A stretch of 44,301 nt of DNA. Origin: Hyphomonadaceae bacterium. GTDB lineage: Bacteria > Pseudomonadota > Alphaproteobacteria > Caulobacterales > Aquidulcibacteraceae. Location: NCBI GenBank assembly GCA_021731965.1, contig JAKFWI010000037.1, forward strand, positions 1 to 44,301, written 5' to 3'. Position numbers and translations under genes: made by a program. Below, piece by piece: positions 36,539-44,301 of this stretch. How positions within the stretch are numbered: the stretch's first letter is position 1; each line of letters opens with the position of its first letter. The notes beneath the pieces were generated by a model that worked only from the letters and a program-made list of their open reading frames with translations, made no database searches and was not told the origin of the DNA.

Positions 36539-38797
36539 TTAAAGCATGACAGCTGCACCTTGCGCGAAGGTTAACAAAGCCTCTCTCACCCGCACAGTCG
36601 GCGCATCCAGCAAAGCATTCACCGCGGCGGCGGCAGCCCGGCGATCCAGGGACCGCACCATGCGCTTCACCGGGGCCACGCGCCCGGCTGGCATGGACAA
36701 CCGCTCGAATCCAAGCGCCAGAAAGGTCATTGCCTCCAAGGTCTTACCCGCCGCCTCGCCGCAGATCGAAATGGGCAGGCGTGCCGCTGCGGCATCGCGC
36801 GCGATCTGGCGCAAAAAGCGCAGCGCCGGCAAGGAAAGCAGATCATAGCGATCTGACACGCGCGCATTGCCCCGATCCGCCGCAAAAAAATACTGCATCA
36901 GATCATTGGTGCCGATGGATAAAAAGTCCGCGCGGCCGGCCAGCGAATCAATCACGAAGCCCAAAGAGGGGGCCTCCAGCATGGCTCCGATCTCCAGGGA
37001 CGTGGGCCCGGCACGCCCCTTGCGGTAGGCCAGATCCATTTCGCGCTGCATAAACGCCCGGGCGGCGTCAAACTCTTCGATATTGGCAACCAAAGGGAAC
37101 ATGACGCGCAGCGCCCGCGCATCGGCCGCCTCCACCAAGGCGCGCAGCTGGTAACGCAGCAGCGCCGGGCGATCGAGACCGATGCGCAAGGCCCGCCAGC
37201 CCAAAGCCGGATTATCCTCCCGCTCCGCTGTCACATAAGGCAAAATCTTATCGCCGCCGATATCGAGCGTGCGAAACGTCACGGGGCGGCGCCCAGCCAG
37301 ATCCAGGATTTCCGCATAGAGTTTGGTTTGCGCCCGCAGACGCGGCAGCGTCTCCGATACCATGAATTGAAACTCGGTGCGGAACAGGCCCACGCCCTCT
37401 GCCCCAGCGGTATCGAGATTGCGCATATCCAAGGCGAGGCCAGCATTGATCGATAGGGAAATGCCGTGCCCATCCAGCGTCTGGGCCGCCAAATCGCGCA
37501 ATTTGGCAAATTCGGCGGCCTGCTCCGAACGTAAGGCGATGCGCTGCTGCATCGAGGCCAGCACCTCGCTTTGTGGGCGCAAATGCGCCTCGCTCAGTTC
37601 GGAATCGAGGGTGACGACATCACCCGGCTCCACCCGGCGCAGCAAATCCTGCAGGCGCCCGATCATGGGAATGCCCAGCGCGCGCGCCACGATGGCGGCA
37701 TGCGAGGACGGCCCGCCTTCCTCCAGCGCGATGCCCTTGAGCCGATCGGTGCCGTATTCCAGCAATTCGGCCGGCCCCAAATCACGCGCGATCAATATGG
37801 CGTTGGCGGGCATTTCGGTGCGGCCAAGCCCGCCTGATTGCGCCAAAGAGCGCAACAGCCGGTTATCCAAATCCTCCAAATCATGCAGGCGATCGCGCAG
37901 ATACGGATCACGCACTGAGGACAGCTTGGCGCGGTGCTGCTGGCGCGCGCGTTCTACCGCAGCCTCCGCGGACAATCCAGCGCCAATGCCCTCTTTCAGG
38001 CGCTGCTCCCAGCTGCGATCCTGGGCAAGCAAGCGGAAGGTCTCGAGCACCTCGCGTGAGGCCCCCGATAGCCGGCTCCCGTCGCTCTCCAGCATGGCGT
38101 CAAGGCCTAGCCGCACGCTGTGCAGAGCGGTATTGAGGCGTGCGGTTTCCAAAACCGGATCGTCGGCGATCATGCGGCCCAATGGCGCGTGGGGCTCGTG
38201 CAACACCGCCACTCCGATGGCGATGCCATCGCTGAAGGCGCGCCCGATCAGCCGCTCCGGCCGGCTGGGCCGCACCTCCACTTCTGCGAGGAAAGAACGA
38301 TCCCCCGACAGGCCCGCGACCATTTCGGCCAGCACCATGGCGATGGTCTGCAGGGCCTCGACTTCATCCTCGTCATAGGTTTTGGCGACGCGGTTCTGCA
38401 CCACCAATACGCCAAACACCCGGTCCGTGCGCAAAACCGGCACGCCCAAAAACGCATTGTAGGGGTCCTCCCCGGTTTCGGGGCGGTAGGAAAAGCGCGG
38501 ATGGTGCGGCGCGTCGGGAATGTTGAGCGGGCGCGCGCTTTCGGCCACCAAGCCAACCAGGCCTTCTAGCATGTTCAGGCGGGTGCGGTGCACCGCTTCG
38601 GCCCGCAAGCCCACGGTCGCGAACAGCTCCAACGCCTCCCCGCGCCGCAGATAGATCGAGCACACGTCCGCGACCATGGTCGCGGCGATCATGGCCACCA
38701 GCCGATCCAGCCGGCTCTGGACATCGTCCCCCACGGCCATGATTTCGCGCAGGCGGCGCAAAATCACCCGCGATCCCCCCGGCGCAGAGGTCGCCAT
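36539..38797 (-). CDS. ptsP: Phosphoenolpyruvate-protein phosphotransferase EI-Ntr (N-terminal GAF domain)
   Basis: 752 aa. An N-terminal GAF domain is followed by EI motifs: GGPSSHAAIVARALGIP (active-site His), FRTEFQF and SIGTNDLMQY. Confidence 0.95.
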   Translation of the reverse strand: MATSAPGGSRVILRRLREIMAVGDDVQSRLDRLVAMIAATMVADVCSIYLRRGEALELFATVGLRAEAVHRTRLNMLEGLVGLVAESARPLNIPDAPHHPRFSYRPETGEDPYNAFLGVPVLRTDRVFGVLVVQNRVAKTYDEDEVEALQTIAMVLAEMVAGLSGDRSFLAEVEVRPSRPERLIGRAFSDGIAIGVAVLHEPHAPLGRMIADDPVLETARLNTALHSVRLGLDAMLESDGSRLSGASREVLETFRLLAQDRSWEQRLKEGIGAGLSAEAAVERARQQHRAKLSSVRDPYLRDRLHDLEDLDNRLLRSLAQSGGLGRTEMPANAILIARDLGPAELLEYGTDRLKGIALEEGGPSSHAAIVARALGIPMIGRLQDLLRRVEPGDVVTLDSELSEAHLRPQSEVLASMQQRIALRSEQAAEFAKLRDLAAQTLDGHGISLSINAGLALDMRNLDTAGAEGVGLFRTEFQFMVSETLPRLRAQTKLYAEILDLAGRRPVTFRTLDIGGDKILPYVTAEREDNPALGWRALRIGLDRPALLRYQLRALVEAADARALRVMFPLVANIEEFDAARAFMQREMDLAYRKGRAGPTSLEIGAMLEAPSLGFVIDSLAGRADFLSIGTNDLMQYFFAADRGNARVSDRYDLLSLPALRFLRQIARDAAAARLPISICGEAAGKTLEAMTFLALGFERLSMPAGRVAPVKRMVRSLDRRAAAAAVNALLDAPTVRVREALLTFAQGAAVML

Positions 38798-38826
38798 TAG
38801 GCCTCATCCTCGCACTCGCAGCGCTC

Positions 38827-40092
38827 TTAGGCGGCCGCGTCAAGCCCATAAGCGGTGTGCAATGCGCGCACGGCCAACTCTACGTACTGCGCATCGATCA
38901 GGACGGAAATCTTGATTTCCGAGGTTGAGATGGCTTCGATATTGATGCCCTTGGCGGCCAAAGCGGCGAACATGGTGTGGGCCACGCCGGCATGGCTTCG
39001 CATGCCAATGCCGATCACCGACACCTTGGCCACATCGCGGCGCACCTGCGCCTCCTCAAAGCCGATCGATGCCCCGGCGCGCACCGCATCCAAAGCGCGC
39101 TGGGCTTCGCGTTCCGTGACCGTGAACACGATGTTCTGGGCGCCCTCGCGGCGGGCCTGGCTTTGCACGATCATATCGACATTGACGCCGGCCTGGGCGA
39201 GCCGGCCGAAAATCTCCGCGGCCACGCCGGGGCTGTCGGGCACGCCAAACAAGGCGACGCGCGCCTCGTCCCGCGAATAGGCTACGCCCGAAACGATCCG
39301 CTGTTCCATTTTCACCTCGTCTTCCGCGCACACCAGAGTCCCGATCTGCGCAACGCCCGGCTCGATAAAGCTCGATAACACCCGCACCACCACGCGGTGC
39401 GCCATGGCCAATTCGACGGAGCGGGTCTGCAGCACCTTGGCCCCGAGGCTGGCCAGCTCCAACATTTCTTCATACGCTATCCGATCCAGACGCTGAGCGC
39501 CCTTCACGATCCGTGGATCGGTGGTGTAGACGCCGTCCACATCCGTATAGATATCGCAGCGCTGCGCCCGCAGGGCCGCCGCCATGGCCACCGCGCTGGT
39601 ATCGGATCCGCCCCGGCCCAGCGTGGTGATGCGCCCATCTTGTGTTACGCCCTGAAAGCCCGGAATAACCGCCACCTCGCCGCTATCCATGTGCGTGCCC
39701 ACGGCGCCATCCTCAATGCTTTGGATGCGGGCCCGGGCGTGGTGGCCGTCCGTGCGGATGGGGATTTGCCAGTTTTGCCAGGATCGCGCCGGAACGCCCA
39801 ATTGGCGCAAGGCCAAGGCCAGCAAGCCGGTCGCTACCTGCTCCCCGGTCGAGACGATCACGTCATATTCATCGTCAAAGCCGTGGCCAGACACCGCGGG
39901 CCCCTCGGGCCTTTCCGCGCCGGCCGCGCGCGCGAGCTTGACCAGGCGATCCGTCTCCCCCGACATGGCCGAAACCACCACACACAAAGGCCGCCCGCCG
40001 GCCCGTTCAGCCGCGACGATGCGGGCGGCGCGCTGAATGCGCTCCACATCCCCCATCGAGGTGCCGCCAAACTTCAAAACCAGAGGCTGCAT
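38827..40092 (-). CDS. lysC: Aspartate kinase
   Basis: 421 aa with VLKFGGTSMGD, GRGGSDTSAVAMAAAL and two C-terminal ACT domains. Confidence 0.95.
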   Translation of the reverse strand: MQPLVLKFGGTSMGDVERIQRAARIVAAERAGGRPLCVVVSAMSGETDRLVKLARAAGAERPEGPAVSGHGFDDEYDVIVSTGEQVATGLLALALRQLGVPARSWQNWQIPIRTDGHHARARIQSIEDGAVGTHMDSGEVAVIPGFQGVTQDGRITTLGRGGSDTSAVAMAAALRAQRCDIYTDVDGVYTTDPRIVKGAQRLDRIAYEEMLELASLGAKVLQTRSVELAMAHRVVVRVLSSFIEPGVAQIGTLVCAEDEVKMEQRIVSGVAYSRDEARVALFGVPDSPGVAAEIFGRLAQAGVNVDMIVQSQARREGAQNIVFTVTEREAQRALDAVRAGASIGFEEAQVRRDVAKVSVIGIGMRSHAGVAHTMFAALAAKGINIEAISTSEIKISVLIDAQYVELAVRALHTAYGLDAAA

Positions 40093-40256
40093 GACACCAA
40101 ATGCTCGTTGCGAAGCAGCCGCCTCTACAGCATCGCCCGCTCAAATCAATCCACTATCATCGCATCTTGGCATACGCCGCCGCTGCGCGGGCGCTGGCCG
40201 GCCTTCTCAGGCAATGCTAAGCTAGTTTCCTAACCAGGGATCAAAAAGCCAAGGGA

Positions 40257-40997
40257 TTGATGAACACCGCCTCCACACTCGATCCGAGCGAAATCGCCAA
40301 ATTCGCCAAGACGGCCCATGCCTGGTGGGATGAAAAGGGCCCGTTCGCGCCGTTGCACCGGCTCAATCCGGCCCGGCTGGCTTATATTCGTGACCGGGCG
40401 GCCGCGCGCTTTGGCCCGCCCGCTTCGCGCCGCAGGCCCTTGGAGGGCTTGCGGGTTTTGGATATTGGCTGCGGCGGCGGCCTGGTTTCCGAGCCTTTGG
40501 CCCGATTGGGGGCAAGGCTCACCGCCATCGATGCCGAAGGCGAAACGCTGAAGATCGCTGAGGCGCACGCTCTGGCCCAGGGCCTTTCCATCACCTATTC
40601 CCAAGCCAGCGCCGAAGACTTGGCCCACAAAGGCCTGCAATTCGATCTGGTCATCGCCATGGAAATCATCGAGCACACCGCCGATGTTGGGGCCTTCCTC
40701 ACTGCGGCGGCGGCGCTTACAGCCCCCGGCGGCCTTCTCATCCTTTCAACCATCAACCGCACATGGATGGCCAAGGCCTTGGCCGTCCATGCGGCCGAGC
40801 ACTTGCTGCGCTGGGTGCCGGCCGGCACGCATGATCCCGAAAAACTGGTCAAGCCCGAGGAAATCGCCGCCCCCTTGCGCGCCTTGGGCCTGGAGGTGGA
40901 CGCGCCCGTGGGCCTCAGCCTCGATCTGGGCAAGGGCGGCTTCAGGCTCAGCGCCGATGTGCGGATGAATTACCTGATCGCGGCAGAGAGGCGCTGA
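40257..40997 (+). CDS. ubiG: Ubiquinone biosynthesis O-methyltransferase
   Basis: 246 aa with the FAKTAHAWWDEKGPFAPLHRLNPARL N-terminus and the SAM motif VLDIGCGGGLVSEPLARLGA. Confidence 0.9.
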   Translation: MMNTASTLDPSEIAKFAKTAHAWWDEKGPFAPLHRLNPARLAYIRDRAAARFGPPASRRRPLEGLRVLDIGCGGGLVSEPLARLGARLTAIDAEGETLKIAEAHALAQGLSITYSQASAEDLAHKGLQFDLVIAMEIIEHTADVGAFLTAAAALTAPGGLLILSTINRTWMAKALAVHAAEHLLRWVPAGTHDPEKLVKPEEIAAPLRALGLEVDAPVGLSLDLGKGGFRLSADVRMNYLIAAERR

Positions 40998-41042
40998 CGC
41001 GAAAAAGCGCCACGAACACAGCACGCACACGGGCGTGACAGG

Positions 41043-41255
41043 CATCCCACCGGCGCGAAGCGATCGGTGGGATCCAAAGCGCGTGGCGCGCTGCCGCTGT
41101 GGATCTCCCCGCTCCGCGCTGCGCTTGGCCGGGGGGATGACGGACTTATCGGTTTTTCATCGCCGGGTCATTCCCGGCAAGGGGATTTTCGTCATCCCAC
41201 CGGCGCGAAGCGATCGGTGGGATCCAAAGCGCGTGGCGCGCTGCCGCTGTGGATC
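41043..41255. repeat. Two perfect 63-bp direct repeats of a REP-like hairpin element (41043-41105 and 41193-41255)
   Basis: Both copies read CATCCCACCGGCGCGAAGCGATCGGTGGGATCCAAAGCGCGTGGCGCGCTGCCGCTGTGGATC. Each contains a 9-bp stem (ATCCCACCG/CGGTGGGAT). Copy 1 is closed by the inverse CCGGGGGGATGACGG near 41129-41143. They lie between the convergent ubiG and Sel1-repeat genes. Confidence 0.85.
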
Positions 41256-41324
41256 CTAGCCCAGCGACGCGAACGTTGCGAGAACAACTAAGGTAAGGCG
41301 CACGCAGCGTTCACCCTGCTCCCC

Positions 41325-42161
41325 CTAATCCTGGGCCAACTTCTGCTTCCATTCCTCGATGATCGCCTGCGCCGACGCCCGATCGGCTGGCGAGAATCGT
41401 GCGTCCATCGCATGCAACAAAACTTGCGCGGCCTGATCGCCTCCCTCTCGCGCCAGCGTCAAGTACGCGAACGCGCGAGGCAGATCCACCGGCCCACCCT
41501 GACCAACAAGCAGCATACCGCCCAGTCCCCGCAGGGCATGGAAACGCAGGGGGTGATTGCTCTCGGCCGCGCGCAGATACCAATCGCGGGCTGCGCGTTC
41601 GTCGGCTTCCACGCCTTCGCCGGTGGCGAGCATCACCGCGCGGCTGATCATCCCAGGCACAAACCCGTTTTCCGCGGACCGCGAAGTCCAGTCATAGGCG
41701 GCCGACAGATCGGTTTTAATGCCGTCGCCGCTGCGAAGCTTCTGGCCCACTAGCCATTGCGCCTCCCCAGCTTGAGGCCCGGGGGCTTCGGCCGCTGCCA
41801 GGGCGTAGGCGTGGGCTTTGGCGGGGTCGCGGGGAAATCCTCCCTCGCCAGCACCGTGGAAGCGCGCCAGGGTAAGAGCAGCGCCAAAGGACCCCTTGTC
41901 AGCAGCCTCGATCAGCAGCGCCCGCCCCCGGTTCTCGTCTTTCGGTCCGCCAATGCCGCGCGACCAGAGCCAACCAAGGAAAGAGAGGGCGCTTGGATCT
42001 GTCTCACTGGCGCGTTCGGCGCAGGCGCGCGCGGCCTCCGGCTGACTCTGCTTTAGAAGCTCGGAGGCGCCCTCCAAGGTCGAGCAAGGCGGCATATCCT
42101 GGGCTGCAACAGGGGCCGGACCGGCCAACAGCAACGCCATGATGCAGAGTGCAGTGCGCAT
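41325..42161 (-). CDS. Secreted Sel1-like repeat (SLR/TPR-like) protein
   Basis: The start is trimmed to MRTALCIMALLLAGPAPVAAQD (signal peptide). It carries repeated SLR units (G.G...D...A..W...AA..G...A...L). It begins 11 nt after the mmsA stop. Confidence 0.8.
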   Translation of the reverse strand: MRTALCIMALLLAGPAPVAAQDMPPCSTLEGASELLKQSQPEAARACAERASETDPSALSFLGWLWSRGIGGPKDENRGRALLIEAADKGSFGAALTLARFHGAGEGGFPRDPAKAHAYALAAAEAPGPQAGEAQWLVGQKLRSGDGIKTDLSAAYDWTSRSAENGFVPGMISRAVMLATGEGVEADERAARDWYLRAAESNHPLRFHALRGLGGMLLVGQGGPVDLPRAFAYLTLAREGGDQAAQVLLHAMDARFSPADRASAQAIIEEWKQKLAQD

Positions 42162-42172
42162 GATCGATCCCC

Positions 42173-43669
42173 TCACCGCATCGTCGGAATAACAAAGCTC
42201 TGATCCCCCACATCCCCTTCGGGCCAACGGGCGGTGATGGTTTTGACCTTGGTGTAAAAGCGCATGCCTTCCGGGCCGTGCTGGTTGACATCGCCAAAAG
42301 CCGAGCGTTTCCAGCCGCCGAAGGTGTGGTAGGCCACCGGCACCGGGATGGGCACGTTGATGCCCACCATGCCCACATTCACCCGCGCCGCGAATTCGCG
42401 CGCCGCGCGGCCATTGCGGGTGAAAATGGCCACGCCATTTCCGTATTGGTGTTGGCTGGGCAGGCTGAGCGCCTCCTCGAAGCTCTCGGCGCGCACGATT
42501 TGCAGCACCGGGCCGAAAATCTCTTCTTGGTAAGAGCGCATGGCCGGCTTCACATGGTCAAACAGCGAGGGGCCGATGAAAAAGCCGCCTTCATGGCCCT
42601 GCAAGGACAGCTCGCGCCCATCCACAACCAGCTCCGCGCCCTCTTCCACGCCCATTTGGATATAGGATTTGATCTTGTCGCGGTGCGCGGCGGTGACAAC
42701 AGGGCCGTAATGCGCGCCGGAATCGCTGGAAACGCCCACGCGCAGCTTGCCGGCCTCTTCCACCAGGCGCTCGCGCAATTCCCCAGCCGTGCGCGCGCCA
42801 ACCGGCACCACCACCGGCAAGGCCATGCAGCGCTCCCCCGCCGAGCCGAAAGCTGCCCCGACCAAATCCTTGACCACTTGATCCAGATCGGCATCGGGCA
42901 GCACGATGCCGTGGTTTTTGGCCCCGCCCATGGCCTGCACGCGCTTGCCGTGCGCCGCGCCAGTGGAATAAATGTATTGGGCGATATCGGATGAGCCCAC
43001 AAAGCTGATGGCGCGCACATCGGGATGCGTCAGCAAGGCATCGACCGCCACTTTGTCCCCGTGGACGACGTTCAGCACGCCAGGCGGCAGGCCGGCCTCG
43101 ATCATCAATTCAGCCAGGCGCAGCGGCACGGAAGGATCGCGCTCACTTGGCTTGACGATGAAGGCATTGCCGCAGGCAATGGCCATTCCGAACATCCACA
43201 TCGGGATCATGGCCGGGAAATTGAACGGAGTGATGCCCGCGCACACGCCCAAAGGCTGGCGCATGGAATAGACATCAATGCCCGGCCCCGCGCCCTCGGT
43301 ATACTCGCCTTTCAGCACGTGCGGGATGCCGCAAGCGAATTCGATGACTTCCAGGCCGCGCTGGATATCGCCTTTGCTGTCGGCGATGATCTTGCCATGC
43401 TCCGAGGACAGCAGCTCGGCCAGCGCGTTCATGTCCCGCTCGATCAAGCGCTTGAATTCAAACATCACCCGCGCGCGGCGCTGGGGATTGGTGGCGGCCC
43501 AATCGGGCTGGGCGGCCGCTGCACTGGCGATGGCGGCCTGCACCTCCCCCGCGCTGGCCAGGCCCACATGGGCCTGAACCAAACCGGTATTGGGATCGAA
43601 AACTTCCCCGAAGCGGCCGGAATTGCCCTCCAAAAGCTTGCCGTTCACGAAATGATCAATGCGGCGCAT
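42173..43669 (-). CDS. mmsA: Methylmalonate-semialdehyde dehydrogenase (CoA-acylating)
   Basis: The start is trimmed to MRRIDHFVNGK, with GGGAGG upstream. Motifs: ITPFNFPAMIPMWMF, FIVKPSERDP, and the catalytic Cys in GERCMALP. At 498 aa the length is typical. Confidence 0.95.
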   Translation of the reverse strand: MRRIDHFVNGKLLEGNSGRFGEVFDPNTGLVQAHVGLASAGEVQAAIASAAAAQPDWAATNPQRRARVMFEFKRLIERDMNALAELLSSEHGKIIADSKGDIQRGLEVIEFACGIPHVLKGEYTEGAGPGIDVYSMRQPLGVCAGITPFNFPAMIPMWMFGMAIACGNAFIVKPSERDPSVPLRLAELMIEAGLPPGVLNVVHGDKVAVDALLTHPDVRAISFVGSSDIAQYIYSTGAAHGKRVQAMGGAKNHGIVLPDADLDQVVKDLVGAAFGSAGERCMALPVVVPVGARTAGELRERLVEEAGKLRVGVSSDSGAHYGPVVTAAHRDKIKSYIQMGVEEGAELVVDGRELSLQGHEGGFFIGPSLFDHVKPAMRSYQEEIFGPVLQIVRAESFEEALSLPSQHQYGNGVAIFTRNGRAAREFAARVNVGMVGINVPIPVPVAYHTFGGWKRSAFGDVNQHGPEGMRFYTKVKTITARWPEGDVGDQSFVIPTMR

Positions 43670-43818
43670 CGCGGCCTCCCAAAGTTCCGGATCAAGGGCT
43701 CTGCGGCCCAGCTTGCCGGGAACCTGCCCCGGCAGCGCCTTCGCCGCAAGGCCGGATTGACGCAAAAGCGGCGGGCCTGGTGATCTGGAGGCCCGCCGAT
43801 CCGATGCGCCGCACACCG

Positions 43819-43835
43819 GAATGATTAAATCATTC
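43819..43835. promoter_or_regulatory. Perfect 17-bp palindrome in the mmsA / outer-membrane-protein divergent promoter region
   Basis: GAATGATT-A-AATCATTC lies in an AT-rich stretch about 150 nt upstream of the mmsA start. Confidence 0.35.
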
Positions 43836-43914
43836 TGAATTCACCAAGTGAAAACTTATATTTGTTAGGAAAGCGCCAACCAAACAAAAATTGAATACAT
43901 GGTGGGCAACAAAC

Positions 43915-44301
43915 ATGCATTTTCTACGTGCTGCGCTATTTTCTATTGCCTCGATGGCATCCCTGTTTACGGCAAGCGCCAAAGCTGGTGAGTTCACTCC
44001 CTATCTGCCACCTCCGGGCGGCGGGAGCGTCGAATTCAACTTCGTGCATCAAAACAGCCAGACAGGTTTGTTTGCGCAGGGATCGGCGCGCCCTTGGCGG
44101 CGCTTTGAGCAGAACGCCTATCAACTCTCGGGCAATTATGGCGTCAGCGATAAACTGGCCATCGATGCGCGCATCACCTATTCCGATACCGATTTCGTCC
44201 CTAACGGCAATGGCCCGGCCAGCGGCCAAAACGGCCTTTCCGATACGCAGATCGGCTTGCGCTATCGCGTGCTGGACGAATTGGAAAACGCCCCCGTCAC
44301 G
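43915..44301 (+). CDS. Putative outer-membrane beta-barrel protein, 5' partial (runs off the window)
   Basis: Not in the ORF track because it has no stop. ATG 43915 is in frame to 44301 (129 codons). It has the signal peptide MHFLRAALFSIASMASLFTASAKA and alternating-polarity strands (LAIDARITYS, IGLRYRV). The family is not identified. Confidence 0.55.
   Translation, partial: MHFLRAALFSIASMASLFTASAKAGEFTPYLPPPGGGSVEFNFVHQNSQTGLFAQGSARPWRRFEQNAYQLSGNYGVSDKLAIDARITYSDTDFVPNGNGPASGQNGLSDTQIGLRYRVLDELENAPVT

Noticed and set aside
41043-41255. The two perfect 63-bp direct repeats as a mini CRISPR array.
   Set aside because: There are only two copies. The repeat is too long and internally hairpinned like REP elements. 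No cas genes are in the window, and a diverged relative lies at 8983-9066.

Overview
High-GC chromosomal segment whose gene order looks alphaproteobacterial (chorismate mutase-hisC-tyrC; ftsE-ftsX-ydcF-plsC; ubiG next to lysC-ptsP). This taxonomic call rests on synteny only. I support 37 protein-coding genes plus one truncated gene (metW). I recognised no rRNA, tRNA, CRISPR array, transposase or integrase. Most genes are housekeeping: metX, hisC, tyrC, plsC, hpt, phaZ, mltA, prfA, ispG, rodZ, ptsP, lysC, ubiG, mmsA.

Regions worth a second look:
1. An eight-gene, translationally coupled envelope operon at 29771->19077 (minus strand). It runs from a Tat-signal TldD-like peptidase and a signal-less PmbA-like partner, through DUF4159, MoxR and DUF58, to a BatA-N anchor and two large unassigned membrane proteins.
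2. A small accessory islet at 29.8-32.4 kb. It holds an orphan patatin-like phospholipase whose stop codon lies inside a MITE-like element with 23-bp perfect terminal inverted repeats. About 0.95 kb of repeat-rich, lower-GC DNA without a credible ORF follows.
3. A HepT/MntA toxin-antitoxin pair inserted between prfA and ispG.
4. An FtsE homologue in which every ATPase motif is degenerate.
5. A membrane protein with tandem Rossmann folds and a C-terminal RyR domain.
6. At least three families of short dispersed intergenic repeats. One brackets prfA and abuts stop codons.
7. A 76-bp fold-back at the window edge that truncates metW.

All calls come from reading the ORF translations and the DNA by eye. 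No database search was run.
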